A stretch of DNA of 45,703 bases. Source: Opitutia bacterium. GTDB lineage: Bacteria > Verrucomicrobiota > Verrucomicrobiia > Opitutales > UBA953. Positions 1 through 8,142 of the stretch are shown here, one piece after another. The translations under genes and the position numbers were made by a program. The notes under the pieces were generated by a model, which was not told the DNA's origin, searched no databases, and saw nothing but the letters and a program-made list of their open reading frames with translations. Location of the stretch: contig CANGNX010000001.1 of NCBI GenBank assembly GCA_947455415.1, forward strand, positions 1 through 45,703, written 5' to 3'. Each line of letters begins with the position of its first letter. Position 1 is the stretch's first letter.

Positions 1-33
1 GAAAGCCAATAAGGTTTCCAAAGAACTACCCTA

Positions 34-897
34 ATGTTTTCCTCCAAAATTCTGCATGTCGCCTGCCTCTCGCTGGCGATGCTCGTCACGACCGTCACCC
101 CGATGTCGGCCGAAGAAAAAGCCCCTAAACCTTTACGGGTATTGCTCGTCATCGGCGGTTGCTGCCACGATTACGCAACGCAAAAAGACCTACTCAAGAA
201 CGGCATCGAGGCCCGACTCAATGCCACCGTTGATATTGCTTACGACGGCACTAAGACCACCAAGCCACTTTTTGAAGCGTACCGCGGAGCCGATTGGGCC
301 AAGGGCTACGATGTCGTAGTCCACGACGAATGTGCGGCGGATATCACCGACCCTGCCTACGTTGAAAACGTTCTGCAAGCTCACCGCAACGGCACCCCTG
401 CCGTCAACTTACACTGTGCCATGCACAGCTACCGCTGGGGTAATTATAAAGAGCCCATTGCCGCTGGCGCCGACAACGCCCATTGGTATGAAATGATTGG
501 CCTGCAGTCGACTGGCCACGGCCCCAAGCTCGCCGTGGAAATTAAGTTCACCAATCGTACCCACCCAATCACAGCAGGCCTGAATGATTGGACCACTTTT
601 ACCAACGAAGAACTTTATAATAATATTAAGTTTCTCGGTGCCCAAGGCCTCGCCGAAGGCACACAGTTAGTAAAAGATAAAACCACTGGCGTGGAAACCG
701 TCGTCAAAAACACCGTGGTCTGGACGAATCTCTACGGCCCCAACCAAACCCGCATTTTCAGTACCACGCTCGGGCACGATAATAAAACCGTGGGTGATGA
801 CCGCTACCTCGACCTCGTAACCCGCGGCATCCTCTGGGCGACCAATAAAATTTCGACCGACGGCCTACCACAAGCAGGTTACAGCGCCAAAAAATAA
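34..897 (+). CDS. ThuA-like (trehalose-utilisation family) secreted protein
   Basis: 287-aa ORF with an N-terminal signal peptide (MFSSKILHVACLSLAMLVTTVTPMSA). The core LRVLLVIGGCCHDY...VVVHDE...GILWAT resembles ThuA-domain proteins common in PVC bacteria. The family call is from recalled similarity only. Confidence 0.7.
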   Translation: MFSSKILHVACLSLAMLVTTVTPMSAEEKAPKPLRVLLVIGGCCHDYATQKDLLKNGIEARLNATVDIAYDGTKTTKPLFEAYRGADWAKGYDVVVHDECAADITDPAYVENVLQAHRNGTPAVNLHCAMHSYRWGNYKEPIAAGADNAHWYEMIGLQSTGHGPKLAVEIKFTNRTHPITAGLNDWTTFTNEELYNNIKFLGAQGLAEGTQLVKDKTTGVETVVKNTVVWTNLYGPNQTRIFSTTLGHDNKTVGDDRYLDLVTRGILWATNKISTDGLPQAGYSAKK

Positions 898-905
898 GAC
901 CGTTC

Positions 906-1712
906 ATGCAAGGTCAGCTTCGACACACCCTGCTAATTATTTGGCTAATTTTATTAGGCAATGTGCTGATTGCTGCCGAACCCACGGACGCCCCGGAGAA
1001 AAAGGTCTCCAATAAAAAAGGTGTCGGGCTCGGACGTTTCCCCGATTGGCTTGGCTTGAATGAACTCAAAGAGCTGAACGTTGCGTGGTTCTATAATTGG
1101 CAGTCCACGAATTCCAAATTTACTACAAGTATCGAATTTATCCCCATGCTTCGTGCTGGTAAAACCGGTGCGGGGCTAAACCGCGAAGACTTCATTTTGG
1201 GCTACAATGAACCCGATCACCCCAAGCAGGACAACATCAGCGTCAAAGAAGGGCTCGCCCAATGGTCCAAGGTAACGGCTAAAGGAAAATTTGTGGTGGG
1301 GCCCGCCATGTGCAAAGACCCCATCAACGGTGAATGGCTTCCGGATTTCATGAAAGCCAAACCCAAGGTCGATGCGATCGCCGTCCATTGGTACAAAGGT
1401 GTCAGTGCTAAAAAATTCGCAGATGACATGGAGGAAATTCATAAGGCCTACGACCTCCCGCTCTGGATTACAGAATTCGCCTGTCAGACCTCGGAGTCGT
1501 CCAAAGATAATCCTAAAAAATTTACCCAAGCCCAGGTGAATCAGTTCATCGCAGAATCCACCCGCTGGATGGAAAAAACGCCCTGGGTTCAACGCTACGC
1601 TTGGCACAGTTCGAGCAATGGAACCTCCTGCCTCTACGATGACGACGGACGCAAGTTAAGTGCCACCGGGAAAGCATATGCCGCCGTTAATAAAGAAGCT
1701 ACCAAGGATTAA
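906..1712 (+). CDS. Secreted clan GH-A glycoside hydrolase, Glyco_hydro_cc / GH128-like
   Basis: 268-aa ORF starting 8 nt after the previous stop, with a hydrophobic signal sequence. It has LGYNEPDH (acid/base Glu) and LWITEFAC (nucleophile Glu) motifs in the spacing typical of the 'glycosyl hydrolase catalytic core' family. Confidence 0.7.
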   Translation: MQGQLRHTLLIIWLILLGNVLIAAEPTDAPEKKVSNKKGVGLGRFPDWLGLNELKELNVAWFYNWQSTNSKFTTSIEFIPMLRAGKTGAGLNREDFILGYNEPDHPKQDNISVKEGLAQWSKVTAKGKFVVGPAMCKDPINGEWLPDFMKAKPKVDAIAVHWYKGVSAKKFADDMEEIHKAYDLPLWITEFACQTSESSKDNPKKFTQAQVNQFIAESTRWMEKTPWVQRYAWHSSSNGTSCLYDDDGRKLSATGKAYAAVNKEATKD

Positions 1713-1805
1713 TTGACGGAAAACGGAGTCTCCAACCATGTCAGAGTGATTGCTTTCTCTGAAGGGAAACTCACGATTCGCCAACTCACCCCTTTCCCTG
1801 CCCTC

Positions 1806-3941
1806 ATGAAACGCACCCTGTCACTCCTCGTCTTCAGTTGCATTCTTCTACACGCACCTGCTCAAATTTTTGCCGCAGGCTTCTTCAAGCCAACTCAGGC
1901 GCCCTTCTACATTCAACCCAATGAGAAGCTTGCTTCCATCAGCTTCAACAGCGGCAGTGCCGAGGATTTACAAAAAGCCATCGATGAAGCCGCCAAGAAC
2001 AACCCCACGGGAACCATTGTCGTAGAACTTAAAGGTACGGTTACCGTGAACCTCAGCCCATTGCGCCTACCTTCTCGCCTCAACCTCAAGTTTGGGCCCG
2101 ATGCAGCCGTCAAAGCCGATCCAGCTGCCACCGCCAAATCCTTAATCGAAATCAGTAACGCAGAATTCATCTCCCTGAGCTCATCTTCCGACAAACCAGC
2201 GACCATCGACGGCCTAGGTAAAATCGTCACTGGCATCAATGTGAAGAAAAGCGGGCGCCTTAACTTCGACCAACTTCAAATTCAAAACTGCAAAGGCACC
2301 GCCTTCGATTTCTTCGGTAAAGATGAGAAATTCGTGAACCAAGCCAGCAGCGTCACACGCTGTACGTTCGCTAATAATGCAACCGGCTTACGGGTGCAGA
2401 ACACTGCTGGCTTCGTCTGCTTAGATAATAATTTCAGCAACCACTCTGTCACGGCATTGGACATCACTTCGCTCAATAGCGTCATCGCCGGTAATACTTT
2501 CAGCAAAAATGCCGAAGCGATTAAATCCAACTCGAACCGCGGTGCCATCACCCGCAATCAATTCATCGAGTGCACCGTTGCCCTTAATCTCGATATGCTA
2601 GGCGAGAACAACCTCGTTTACGAAAACACCTCCGAAGGAGCGACAACCCTCTCCGTGGCGGGTGCGACGCAGGCATTTTTCCAAAATAAGATGGAGGCCA
2701 CCGTCAATGTGGTGGAGCGCTCGACTACCGGCTCCCACTTCATTCAAAATCCTAATTTTAAGGTAAGCTCGTCGAGCGATGCGGCCGTCTTTAATCCACC
2801 CACCATTCTCAACCCCCACAAGGATACGAATATCGCCCCTGGCTTCGGACGCTACGATCTCTCCTTCCCGCCCGCTGGCACCAATAACAAAGACGAAAGC
2901 ACCGCCTACGACGTCGCCAAGATTCAACCTAAACTCGACAAGGCACGCACCGAACATGCCAACGACATTCTTGTGGTAACCCTTAAAGGAACCTTCGTGG
3001 CCAAGTCGTTAGACGGCCTGAAATTACCTGACAATACCTGCGTGATCCTCGACGGGACCATTTACTCCAACACAACTGTCGCGCGTGACCCCCAGTGGAA
3101 AGCCCCTTGGGTACGCGGTGCGCCCACCAGCCAACTGATTCGTATGCCACTTAAGGGCTATTCATCATTCTCCGGCGGCACCATCGATGGTGGGCACCAA
3201 GCCACCTACGGTATCCATGCTGGCTCCTGTAACCCACTCCTAGGTTTAATTCAAAGTGTCACCGTTATAAATTGTAGCGGAGACGGCATCTATACCAAGG
3301 GACGCCGCAACAAGGACCCGCTAATTGTTCACCTCTGCACCACCAACGGAAGCCGCGGTCGTGGCATCTGGCCCCACGTTGCGGGCCCCGTTTACTCACT
3401 GCAAAATCATTGCGAGGCCAACGGCAAAGACGGCATCGATCTCGATGCCTACAGCAAAGAAAACATCACGATGTTCAACACCTGCATCAAAAATAAACGT
3501 CACGGAGTCTTCATCGAAGAAGCCACCCATGATAACATTGTCTTCGCGAATGAGCTTAATGAGAACGGTGGTCGTGGCGTCCACGTCTGGAATGAAGAAG
3601 TCGCGGGTGATACCACCAACAATTGCATAGTCGCGAACACCTGTCGCGGCAATATCGATGGCGTCTACGCTGGCGCCCGTGCTAAATACGCTGCCAGCCA
3701 TCCTAACAAAGGAGAAGAGACCACCATCTTCGCCAATCGAAACTTCTTCTTTAATAACCTGTGCACCGACAATAAACGTAATGGCATCGGAGCAGGCAAT
3801 AACCACGCCGTGGAAAACTTCTTCAGTCAGAGCATTGTGTCGGGCAATACCACTGCCAATATTTCGAGCAGCGATAGTGCCACACCCTTCTTCCTTAATA
3901 GCGGCACACCCGTTGGTAACCCCGTTAAGGTCGCCAAGTAA
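1806..3941 (+). CDS. Secreted right-handed parallel beta-helix repeat protein (two PbH1 blocks; possible polysaccharide lyase/hydrolase)
   Basis: The ORF track opens at TTG 1713, but ATG 1806 gives a classical signal peptide, MKRTLSLLVFSCILLHAPAQIFA. Repeated beta-helix turns (NNATGLRV, GDGIYTKG, GRGIWPH, GKDGIDLD, RHGVFIEE, GRGVHVWN, NGIGAGNN) fall in an N-terminal and a C-terminal block. Enzymatic activity is not assignable. Confidence 0.7.
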   Translation: MKRTLSLLVFSCILLHAPAQIFAAGFFKPTQAPFYIQPNEKLASISFNSGSAEDLQKAIDEAAKNNPTGTIVVELKGTVTVNLSPLRLPSRLNLKFGPDAAVKADPAATAKSLIEISNAEFISLSSSSDKPATIDGLGKIVTGINVKKSGRLNFDQLQIQNCKGTAFDFFGKDEKFVNQASSVTRCTFANNATGLRVQNTAGFVCLDNNFSNHSVTALDITSLNSVIAGNTFSKNAEAIKSNSNRGAITRNQFIECTVALNLDMLGENNLVYENTSEGATTLSVAGATQAFFQNKMEATVNVVERSTTGSHFIQNPNFKVSSSSDAAVFNPPTILNPHKDTNIAPGFGRYDLSFPPAGTNNKDESTAYDVAKIQPKLDKARTEHANDILVVTLKGTFVAKSLDGLKLPDNTCVILDGTIYSNTTVARDPQWKAPWVRGAPTSQLIRMPLKGYSSFSGGTIDGGHQATYGIHAGSCNPLLGLIQSVTVINCSGDGIYTKGRRNKDPLIVHLCTTNGSRGRGIWPHVAGPVYSLQNHCEANGKDGIDLDAYSKENITMFNTCIKNKRHGVFIEEATHDNIVFANELNENGGRGVHVWNEEVAGDTTNNCIVANTCRGNIDGVYAGARAKYAASHPNKGEETTIFANRNFFFNNLCTDNKRNGIGAGNNHAVENFFSQSIVSGNTTANISSSDSATPFFLNSGTPVGNPVKVAK

Positions 3942-3961
3942 GCTTCGCTTACATAACACAC

Positions 3962-3987
3962 AAAGCCCTGCTGCGCAGGGCTTTTTT
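3962..3987 (+). terminator. Rho-independent terminator between convergent genes
   Basis: The stem aaagccctg(c)/(g)cagggcttt has 9-10 bp and a 3-5 nt loop, and runs directly into tttttt (3982-3987). It starts 21 nt after the beta-helix stop. On the other strand the stem is followed only by tttgtgtg, so it is weaker for the SGNH gene. Confidence 0.75.
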
Positions 3988-4037
3988 GCGTCCACACTCC
4001 TCAAGCTTCGCTACGCTATCGGCGCAACTGATGACCA

Positions 4038-4889
4038 TCAAAGTGCCGTCTCAATACAGGCACCGACATTCTTTCCAAAGAAATCATAACCTTCCTCAGT
4101 GAAGTGCACATCTTTAGGTCTCTGATATTTAACGAGCTCGGGTAAGATTTTCTCGTAAAGGTCATCAATCATCACCCCGTTAGCCTTCATAATACCGAGC
4201 GCAACTTGGTTGCGCTCAACAATCGAAGCCGCGATCTGCTGTTTGGAAGGGTCATCGGGAATCGGCGTCGTACTGGCCCAGATAATTTTCGCACCGGTGG
4301 CTTTCAGTCGTTTTGTAATTTCCTCCAGGCGCTTAGCATAATCGGGAATCGGCGTGTTCCGATCATGAATGCCAAAGTTAAAGTGGATTACATCCCAATG
4401 TCCGTCGCCCAACCAAACATCGAGTTTTGCCAGACCCCGCGCCGTTGGTCCGCAATTTTCAGGCGCCCGATGAACATTGGCTTTGCCGGCTAAATATTTG
4501 CGCGTGGCCTGGGTGTACCCACGCGAAACAGAGTCACCAATGATGAGTACCCGTGGTAATTTAGGGTCGTCTTTGACATAGTCCCACGCCGTCGAAAGAC
4601 CCTTTGATTTATCTTCTTTATGATGCGACAAATAAAAATCTCCGAGGTTTGCTTGTAGCACCTTTTCCCATGCCTGCTCCTCCGGGGAAAGCTTAACAAA
4701 GATAGCCTGATAACGCTGATCAAAAATGGCGTCTCGTTGGGCCTTCTTCGCCGCCGCCACTGCCGCCGCTTCGGCCGCATTAGTTGGCTCATTAACCTTC
4801 GTCGTTTCTGGGACTGCGAATGTGCAAAGTGGCTGCGTGATTAACAGACCGATCAACAGAAGCGCCTTGGGGTAATGGCTTAATTTCAT
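4038..4889 (-). CDS. SGNH/GDSL-family hydrolase (esterase/lipase-like), secreted
   Basis: Block I motif VLIIGDSVSRGY, a later FGIHD and a C-terminal DVHFTEEGY are consistent with an SGNH hydrolase. The start was moved from 4982 to ATG 4889, which gives the signal peptide MKLSHYPKALLLIGLLITQPLCTFA. Confidence 0.7.
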   Translation of the reverse strand: MKLSHYPKALLLIGLLITQPLCTFAVPETTKVNEPTNAAEAAAVAAAKKAQRDAIFDQRYQAIFVKLSPEEQAWEKVLQANLGDFYLSHHKEDKSKGLSTAWDYVKDDPKLPRVLIIGDSVSRGYTQATRKYLAGKANVHRAPENCGPTARGLAKLDVWLGDGHWDVIHFNFGIHDRNTPIPDYAKRLEEITKRLKATGAKIIWASTTPIPDDPSKQQIAASIVERNQVALGIMKANGVMIDDLYEKILPELVKYQRPKDVHFTEEGYDFFGKNVGACIETAL

Positions 4890-4998
4890 TTCGTCTTTAT
4901 AATCTGACGAAAGGTGATGTCTAATTTTAAAAACCGCACACACCGTAAATTTAGTCCATTCCAGTTGACCCTTACCCGTCATAATAAATCATATAAGC

Positions 4999-5760
4999 AT
5001 GCCCCAAGTAAAACCCGTTGTCCTTATCACCGGTGCAGCCTCGGGCATTGGCCACGCTACTGCCCTCACCTTCGCGCACGCGGGCTACCGTATTGCCGTA
5101 ACGGATTTAAATGATGCCGGTGGAGCGAAGCTCGTTACCGAGATTAAAGCGGCCGGAGGTGAAGCGATTTTTATTCCAGCCGACCACTCCAAAGAAGCCG
5201 ACAACGCCCGTGTCGTTAATGCCACCCTGGCGGCCTTTGGTCGACTCGATGCCGCCATCAACAACGCTGGCGTTGAAGGCATCCCTGACTTAAAAGTCGA
5301 ACAACAGACCGACGCTAATTTTCGCCACACACTCAGCGTCAACCTCGACGGTGTACTGTGGGCAATGAAATATGAAATTCCGGCGCTACTCAATTCGGGC
5401 GGAGGTTGTATTGTTAATGTCAGTTCCGTCGCAGGCTCTATCGGGTTGGCGGGTATGGCGGCATACGTGGCCAGCAAACATGCCGTGGAAGGGCTCACCA
5501 AAGTGGCAGCACTGGAAAACGCCACGCGTGGGATTCGAGTTAACGCGGTAGCCCCCGGAGCAATTCAAACTGAAATGATTGATCGCTTTGTCGGTAAAGG
5601 TGAAAGCCAAGCCCGACATGATCTCGCGGCTCAGCATCCAATGAATCGCATCGGTTCAGCCGACGAAGTGGCCCAAGCCATTCTCTTTCTCTGCTCGCCC
5701 GCATCTTCATTTATTACTGGCCATATTCTGCCCGTTGACGGCGGGTGGCTGGCGAAATGA
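4999..5760 (+). CDS. Short-chain dehydrogenase/reductase (SDR) family oxidoreductase
   Basis: It has the TGAASGIGHATA cofactor-binding motif, NNAG, and the catalytic YVASKHAV (YxxxK). The length of 253 aa is typical of classical SDRs. Confidence 0.9.
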   Translation: MPQVKPVVLITGAASGIGHATALTFAHAGYRIAVTDLNDAGGAKLVTEIKAAGGEAIFIPADHSKEADNARVVNATLAAFGRLDAAINNAGVEGIPDLKVEQQTDANFRHTLSVNLDGVLWAMKYEIPALLNSGGGCIVNVSSVAGSIGLAGMAAYVASKHAVEGLTKVAALENATRGIRVNAVAPGAIQTEMIDRFVGKGESQARHDLAAQHPMNRIGSADEVAQAILFLCSPASSFITGHILPVDGGWLAK

Positions 5761-5772
5761 GGATGGCTCAGG

Positions 5773-5946
5773 GGGCACGTTGGCAAGGTGACACGGTGAC
5801 ACGGCTAGATGCAGCGGACGGCGACGGAGCACTGCCTCAGCTAGATACATTTTGCATTTCCCCTTGTCCACCTGCCAACGTGCCCACGTAACCCTGCGAG
5901 CCCTGCTCGCACCCTTGCCCCCGTGTCACCGTGCCAGCGTGTCACC
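5773..5946. repeat. Cluster of imperfect inverted/direct word repeats (GGTGACACG, GGCAAGG, GGGCACGTTGGCA)
   Basis: The left arm is gggcacgttggcaaggtgacacggtgacacgg (5773-5804). Its reverse-complement words recur at 5869-5885 (cacctgccaacgtgccc) and at 5911-5946 (acccttgcccccgtgtcaccgtgccagcgtgtcacc). The cluster lies immediately downstream of the tRNA-Ser 3' end. Confidence 0.7.
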
Positions 5947-5961
5947 TGAACTTGATAAAAG

Positions 5962-6052
5962 TGGCGGAGAGGATGAGATTCGAACTCACGGTACCCTTTT
6001 GGGGTACACCCATTTAGCAAACGGGCGCTTTCGGCCACTCAGCCACCTCTCC
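5962..6052 (-). tRNA. tRNA-Ser (anticodon GCU), class II with long variable arm, CCA encoded
   Basis: The reverse complement reads GGAGAGGTGGCTGAGTGGCCGAAAGCGCCCGTTTGCTAAATGGGTGTACCCCAAAAGGGTACCGTGAGTTCGAATCTCATCCTCTCCGCCA. It folds by hand as follows:
- acceptor stem GGAGAGG/CCTCTCC
- anticodon stem CCCGT/ATGGG with loop TTGCTAA
- variable-arm hairpin GTACCC/GGGTAC
- T-arm GTGAG-TTCGAAT-CTCAT. Confidence 0.95.
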
Positions 6053-6080
6053 AGGTCCGTTCGCATTTGAACGGAAAAGA

Positions 6081-6109
6081 GAGATAAAGCACCCCATGAT
6101 TGAGGTCAA
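6081..6109 (-). promoter_or_regulatory. Candidate sigma70-type promoter for tRNA-Ser
   Basis: The minus strand reads TTGACC (6109-6104), a 17-nt spacer, then TATCTC (6086-6081), about 30 nt upstream of the mature tRNA 5' end. This is a consensus-like match only, and promoter rules in this lineage are uncertain. Confidence 0.35.
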
Positions 6110-6215
6110 GCGTATGCGAATGCCCCACCATCAATCCCGTAAAAGCTTAATAAAACGGTTCATGAAACAATTTTGAACTCCCGAAACTCCACTCAACTGC
6201 GAGGGTTTAATATGT

Positions 6216-7511
6216 ATGATTAAAAGCAATCGCCCCGCTGCTTCAATAGTCACCCTTCTCTGTATCTCCTTTGGCCTCTCGGCCATCGCCGCATCGCCGT
6301 CAAATAGTCCTCAGCCTCCAAGTACTCCTACTTCAAGCACCAGCGGCAAGCAGCTCGCGATTCGCCACCAACTCACACGTCACACTAAGCCACCTGCACC
6401 AAATTCAATTCGCGGTCAGATAGGTGAGCCACTCCAAGGACTCACTGCCGCCCAACTCGCCGCCTTCACCGATGGTAAAGACGATTTCGAAACGGCCGAG
6501 ACGGTCGCTGGCGGACTCGGACCTATTTTTAATCGCGACTCCTGTGTGGCCTGTCACTCCGGCCCCGCCACCGGCGGTAGCAGCGTCGTCAACGTCACTC
6601 GCTTTGGCTTACTTACTAACGGTCATTTTGATGCGCTTGATTCACTCGGTGGCTCACTCCTGCAAGATCATGCCATCACCCCTCTCGCCATGGAAGTCAT
6701 TCCGATGTCTGCCAACGTCATCGCCGAACGAAATTCTACACCGCTCTTCGGATTAGGATTAATCGAGGCCATCCCCAAATCGACAATTATAGCGAATAGT
6801 AAAAAACGCGTCGGCGATGGCATTCAAGGGCGCGTGGCCTTAGTTACCGATGTTGTCACTGGAAAAACCAAAGTTGGCCGCTTTGGTTGGAAAAACCAAC
6901 AAGCAACCATCCTTGGCTTCGCAGCCGATGCTTACCTCAATGAAATGGGCATCACCAATCGCTTCTTCCCAAATGAGAATGCCCCAAATGGCGACCAAGC
7001 AGTGCTTACCGAAACCGATAAAGTCGCCGATCCCGAAGATCAGTTTGATCCCGCTAGCGGAAAGTCAGATGTCGATAAGGTTGCGGACTTCATGACGCTA
7101 TTGGCACCGCCAAATAATGGCCCACTCCGTCCGACCGCCGCCGCGGGTAAACTTATTTTCGATAACCTCGGATGTTCTTCCTGTCACACCCCTTCAATGA
7201 TGACCGATAATGCCAGCCCCATCGCCGCACTCAGAAATCGAGAAGTGAAACTCTTTTCCGACCTACTGCTGCACGACATGGGCACACTCGGCGATGGTAT
7301 CGCCCAAGGTGCTGCCAGCCGAACTGAAATGCGCACCGCTCCACTCTGGGGCTTAAGATTCAGCGCGCCCTATTTACATAATGGCTCCGCCGCCACCGTT
7401 CAAGACGCCATCATGGCTCATAGCGGTGAAGGCAAAATCTCGCGCGATCGTTTCAATCGACTCAATAAGGACCAAAAAGCCCAACTCATCGACTTCCTGA
7501 ATTCAATTTAG
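6216..7511 (+). CDS. Di-haem cytochrome c family protein (DUF1111 / putative peroxidase or thiol oxidoreductase), secreted
   Basis: It has a signal peptide followed by a Ser/Pro/Thr-rich linker. Two CxxCH haem-binding motifs are present (FNRDSCVACHS and LGCSSCHT), and the overall pattern (GRFGWK, APLWG, YLHNG) is typical of DUF1111 di-haem proteins. Confidence 0.8.
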   Translation: MIKSNRPAASIVTLLCISFGLSAIAASPSNSPQPPSTPTSSTSGKQLAIRHQLTRHTKPPAPNSIRGQIGEPLQGLTAAQLAAFTDGKDDFETAETVAGGLGPIFNRDSCVACHSGPATGGSSVVNVTRFGLLTNGHFDALDSLGGSLLQDHAITPLAMEVIPMSANVIAERNSTPLFGLGLIEAIPKSTIIANSKKRVGDGIQGRVALVTDVVTGKTKVGRFGWKNQQATILGFAADAYLNEMGITNRFFPNENAPNGDQAVLTETDKVADPEDQFDPASGKSDVDKVADFMTLLAPPNNGPLRPTAAAGKLIFDNLGCSSCHTPSMMTDNASPIAALRNREVKLFSDLLLHDMGTLGDGIAQGAASRTEMRTAPLWGLRFSAPYLHNGSAATVQDAIMAHSGEGKISRDRFNRLNKDQKAQLIDFLNSI

Positions 7512-7554
7512 TCACTAGCCGATTGGTTGGGCACGACTGCGTCGCGTCCTAACC

Positions 7555-7575
7555 ACCCCTTGCCCACGTGTCACC
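7555..7575. repeat. Copy of the intergenic box ACCC(C)TTGCCCNCGTGTCACC
   Basis: accccttgcccacgtgtcacc matches acccttgcccccgtgtcacc at 5911-5930 with one indel and one mismatch. It lies between the convergent DUF1111 and ACT genes. Confidence 0.65.
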
Positions 7576-7603
7576 ATACCCACTTGACCCCTCGGCATCT
7601 ACC

Positions 7604-8062
7604 CTATCTCGCTACATCGCCACGGCCAATAACCTTGATCCCGTGACGTTGTAAAACCGAAGCGGCTAATTCCTGCGCCTCCGTGCGCACCACTAAACCC
7701 TGTCGGCCATTGGGGCGTGATAAAAATGGGTAAACGTAGTAAATATTAATTTCCGCTTTGAGTAAGGCTGAAGTCACATCTTTAAGTTGTGCTTCAGATT
7801 GTAACTCTATCGCTACCACCGAAACCGCGTCGTAAGCAAAACGGTGATCAATTAAGACTTGTTCGGCGCGTTCATGATAATCGACGACAATGCGAATAAT
7901 CGTCGAGTCCGTCGTATCCACCAAACACATCGCCATAATATGAATGTCAGCCTGGGCGAGCGATTCTACCAATTCGTTTAAGCGACCGACTTTGTTTTCG
8001 ACGAAAATAGAGAATTGGCGAACGGGTCCTTGGTCGGGTTCGTTAGTCGTTTCTGCAGCCAT
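7604..8062 (-). CDS. Tandem ACT-domain protein (small-molecule-binding regulatory protein)
   Basis: 152 aa. FSIFVENKVGRLNELVESLAQADIHIMAM is a typical ACT beta-alpha-beta start, and there is a second ACT-like half (VAIELQSEAQLKDVTSALLKAEINIYYVY). It lacks the IlvN/IlvH C-terminal domain pattern. Confidence 0.7.
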   Translation of the reverse strand: MAAETTNEPDQGPVRQFSIFVENKVGRLNELVESLAQADIHIMAMCLVDTTDSTIIRIVVDYHERAEQVLIDHRFAYDAVSVVAIELQSEAQLKDVTSALLKAEINIYYVYPFLSRPNGRQGLVVRTEAQELAASVLQRHGIKVIGRGDVAR

Positions 8063-8142
8063 ACCTTTTTAATGACAGGTTTATTCGCATTCTCCAGCCC
8101 CTTTTAGATTGATTAGCCATTAACTCCGCAAACGCTCGGCTC

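Noticed and set aside
1713-1805. Long N-terminal extensions in the ORF track (1713, 4982, 9965, 15594, 23983, 24169, 29627, 35672 and 41379).
   Set aside because: Internal ATGs give canonical signal peptides or N-termini that align with well-known homologues. Several of the extensions also overlap the upstream gene or start at TTG.
5841-6070. Two ORFs of 65-72 aa covering the tRNA-Ser gene and the repeat cluster.
   Set aside because: They overlap a well-folding tRNA and repeat DNA, and they have no coding-like composition or plausible start context.
6056-6075. The hairpin tccgttc-gcattt-gaacgga next to the tRNA-Ser 5' end.
   Set aside because: It is a 7-bp stem with no U-tract in the relevant orientation. 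It lies in the presumed tRNA leader and could be incidental. I noted it only as context for the candidate promoter.
6096-6176. A 26-codon basic ORF (MIEVKRMRMPHHQSRKSLIKRFMKQF) in the spacer upstream of the DUF1111 gene.
   Set aside because: It is very short, has no ribosome-binding site and overlaps the candidate tRNA promoter on the other strand. I see no basis to call it a gene.
5761-6215. An integrated mobile element or genomic island at the tRNA-Ser 3' end.
   Set aside because: No integrase, excisionase or duplicated tRNA 3' fragment is visible in the window, and the flanking genes are ordinary metabolic genes. Only the repeat cluster itself is reported.
7604-8062. The ACT-domain protein as the missing acetolactate synthase small subunit (IlvN/IlvH).
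   Set aside because: It is a tandem-ACT protein without the IlvH C-terminal domain pattern. It lies 13 kb from ilvB in an unrelated context.
8063-8142. A cobalamin riboswitch or Fur box upstream of the BtuB-like receptor.
   Set aside because: The spacer is only 80 nt and has no B12-box-like core. The best Fur-like match (TAATGA...) agrees at only a minority of positions.
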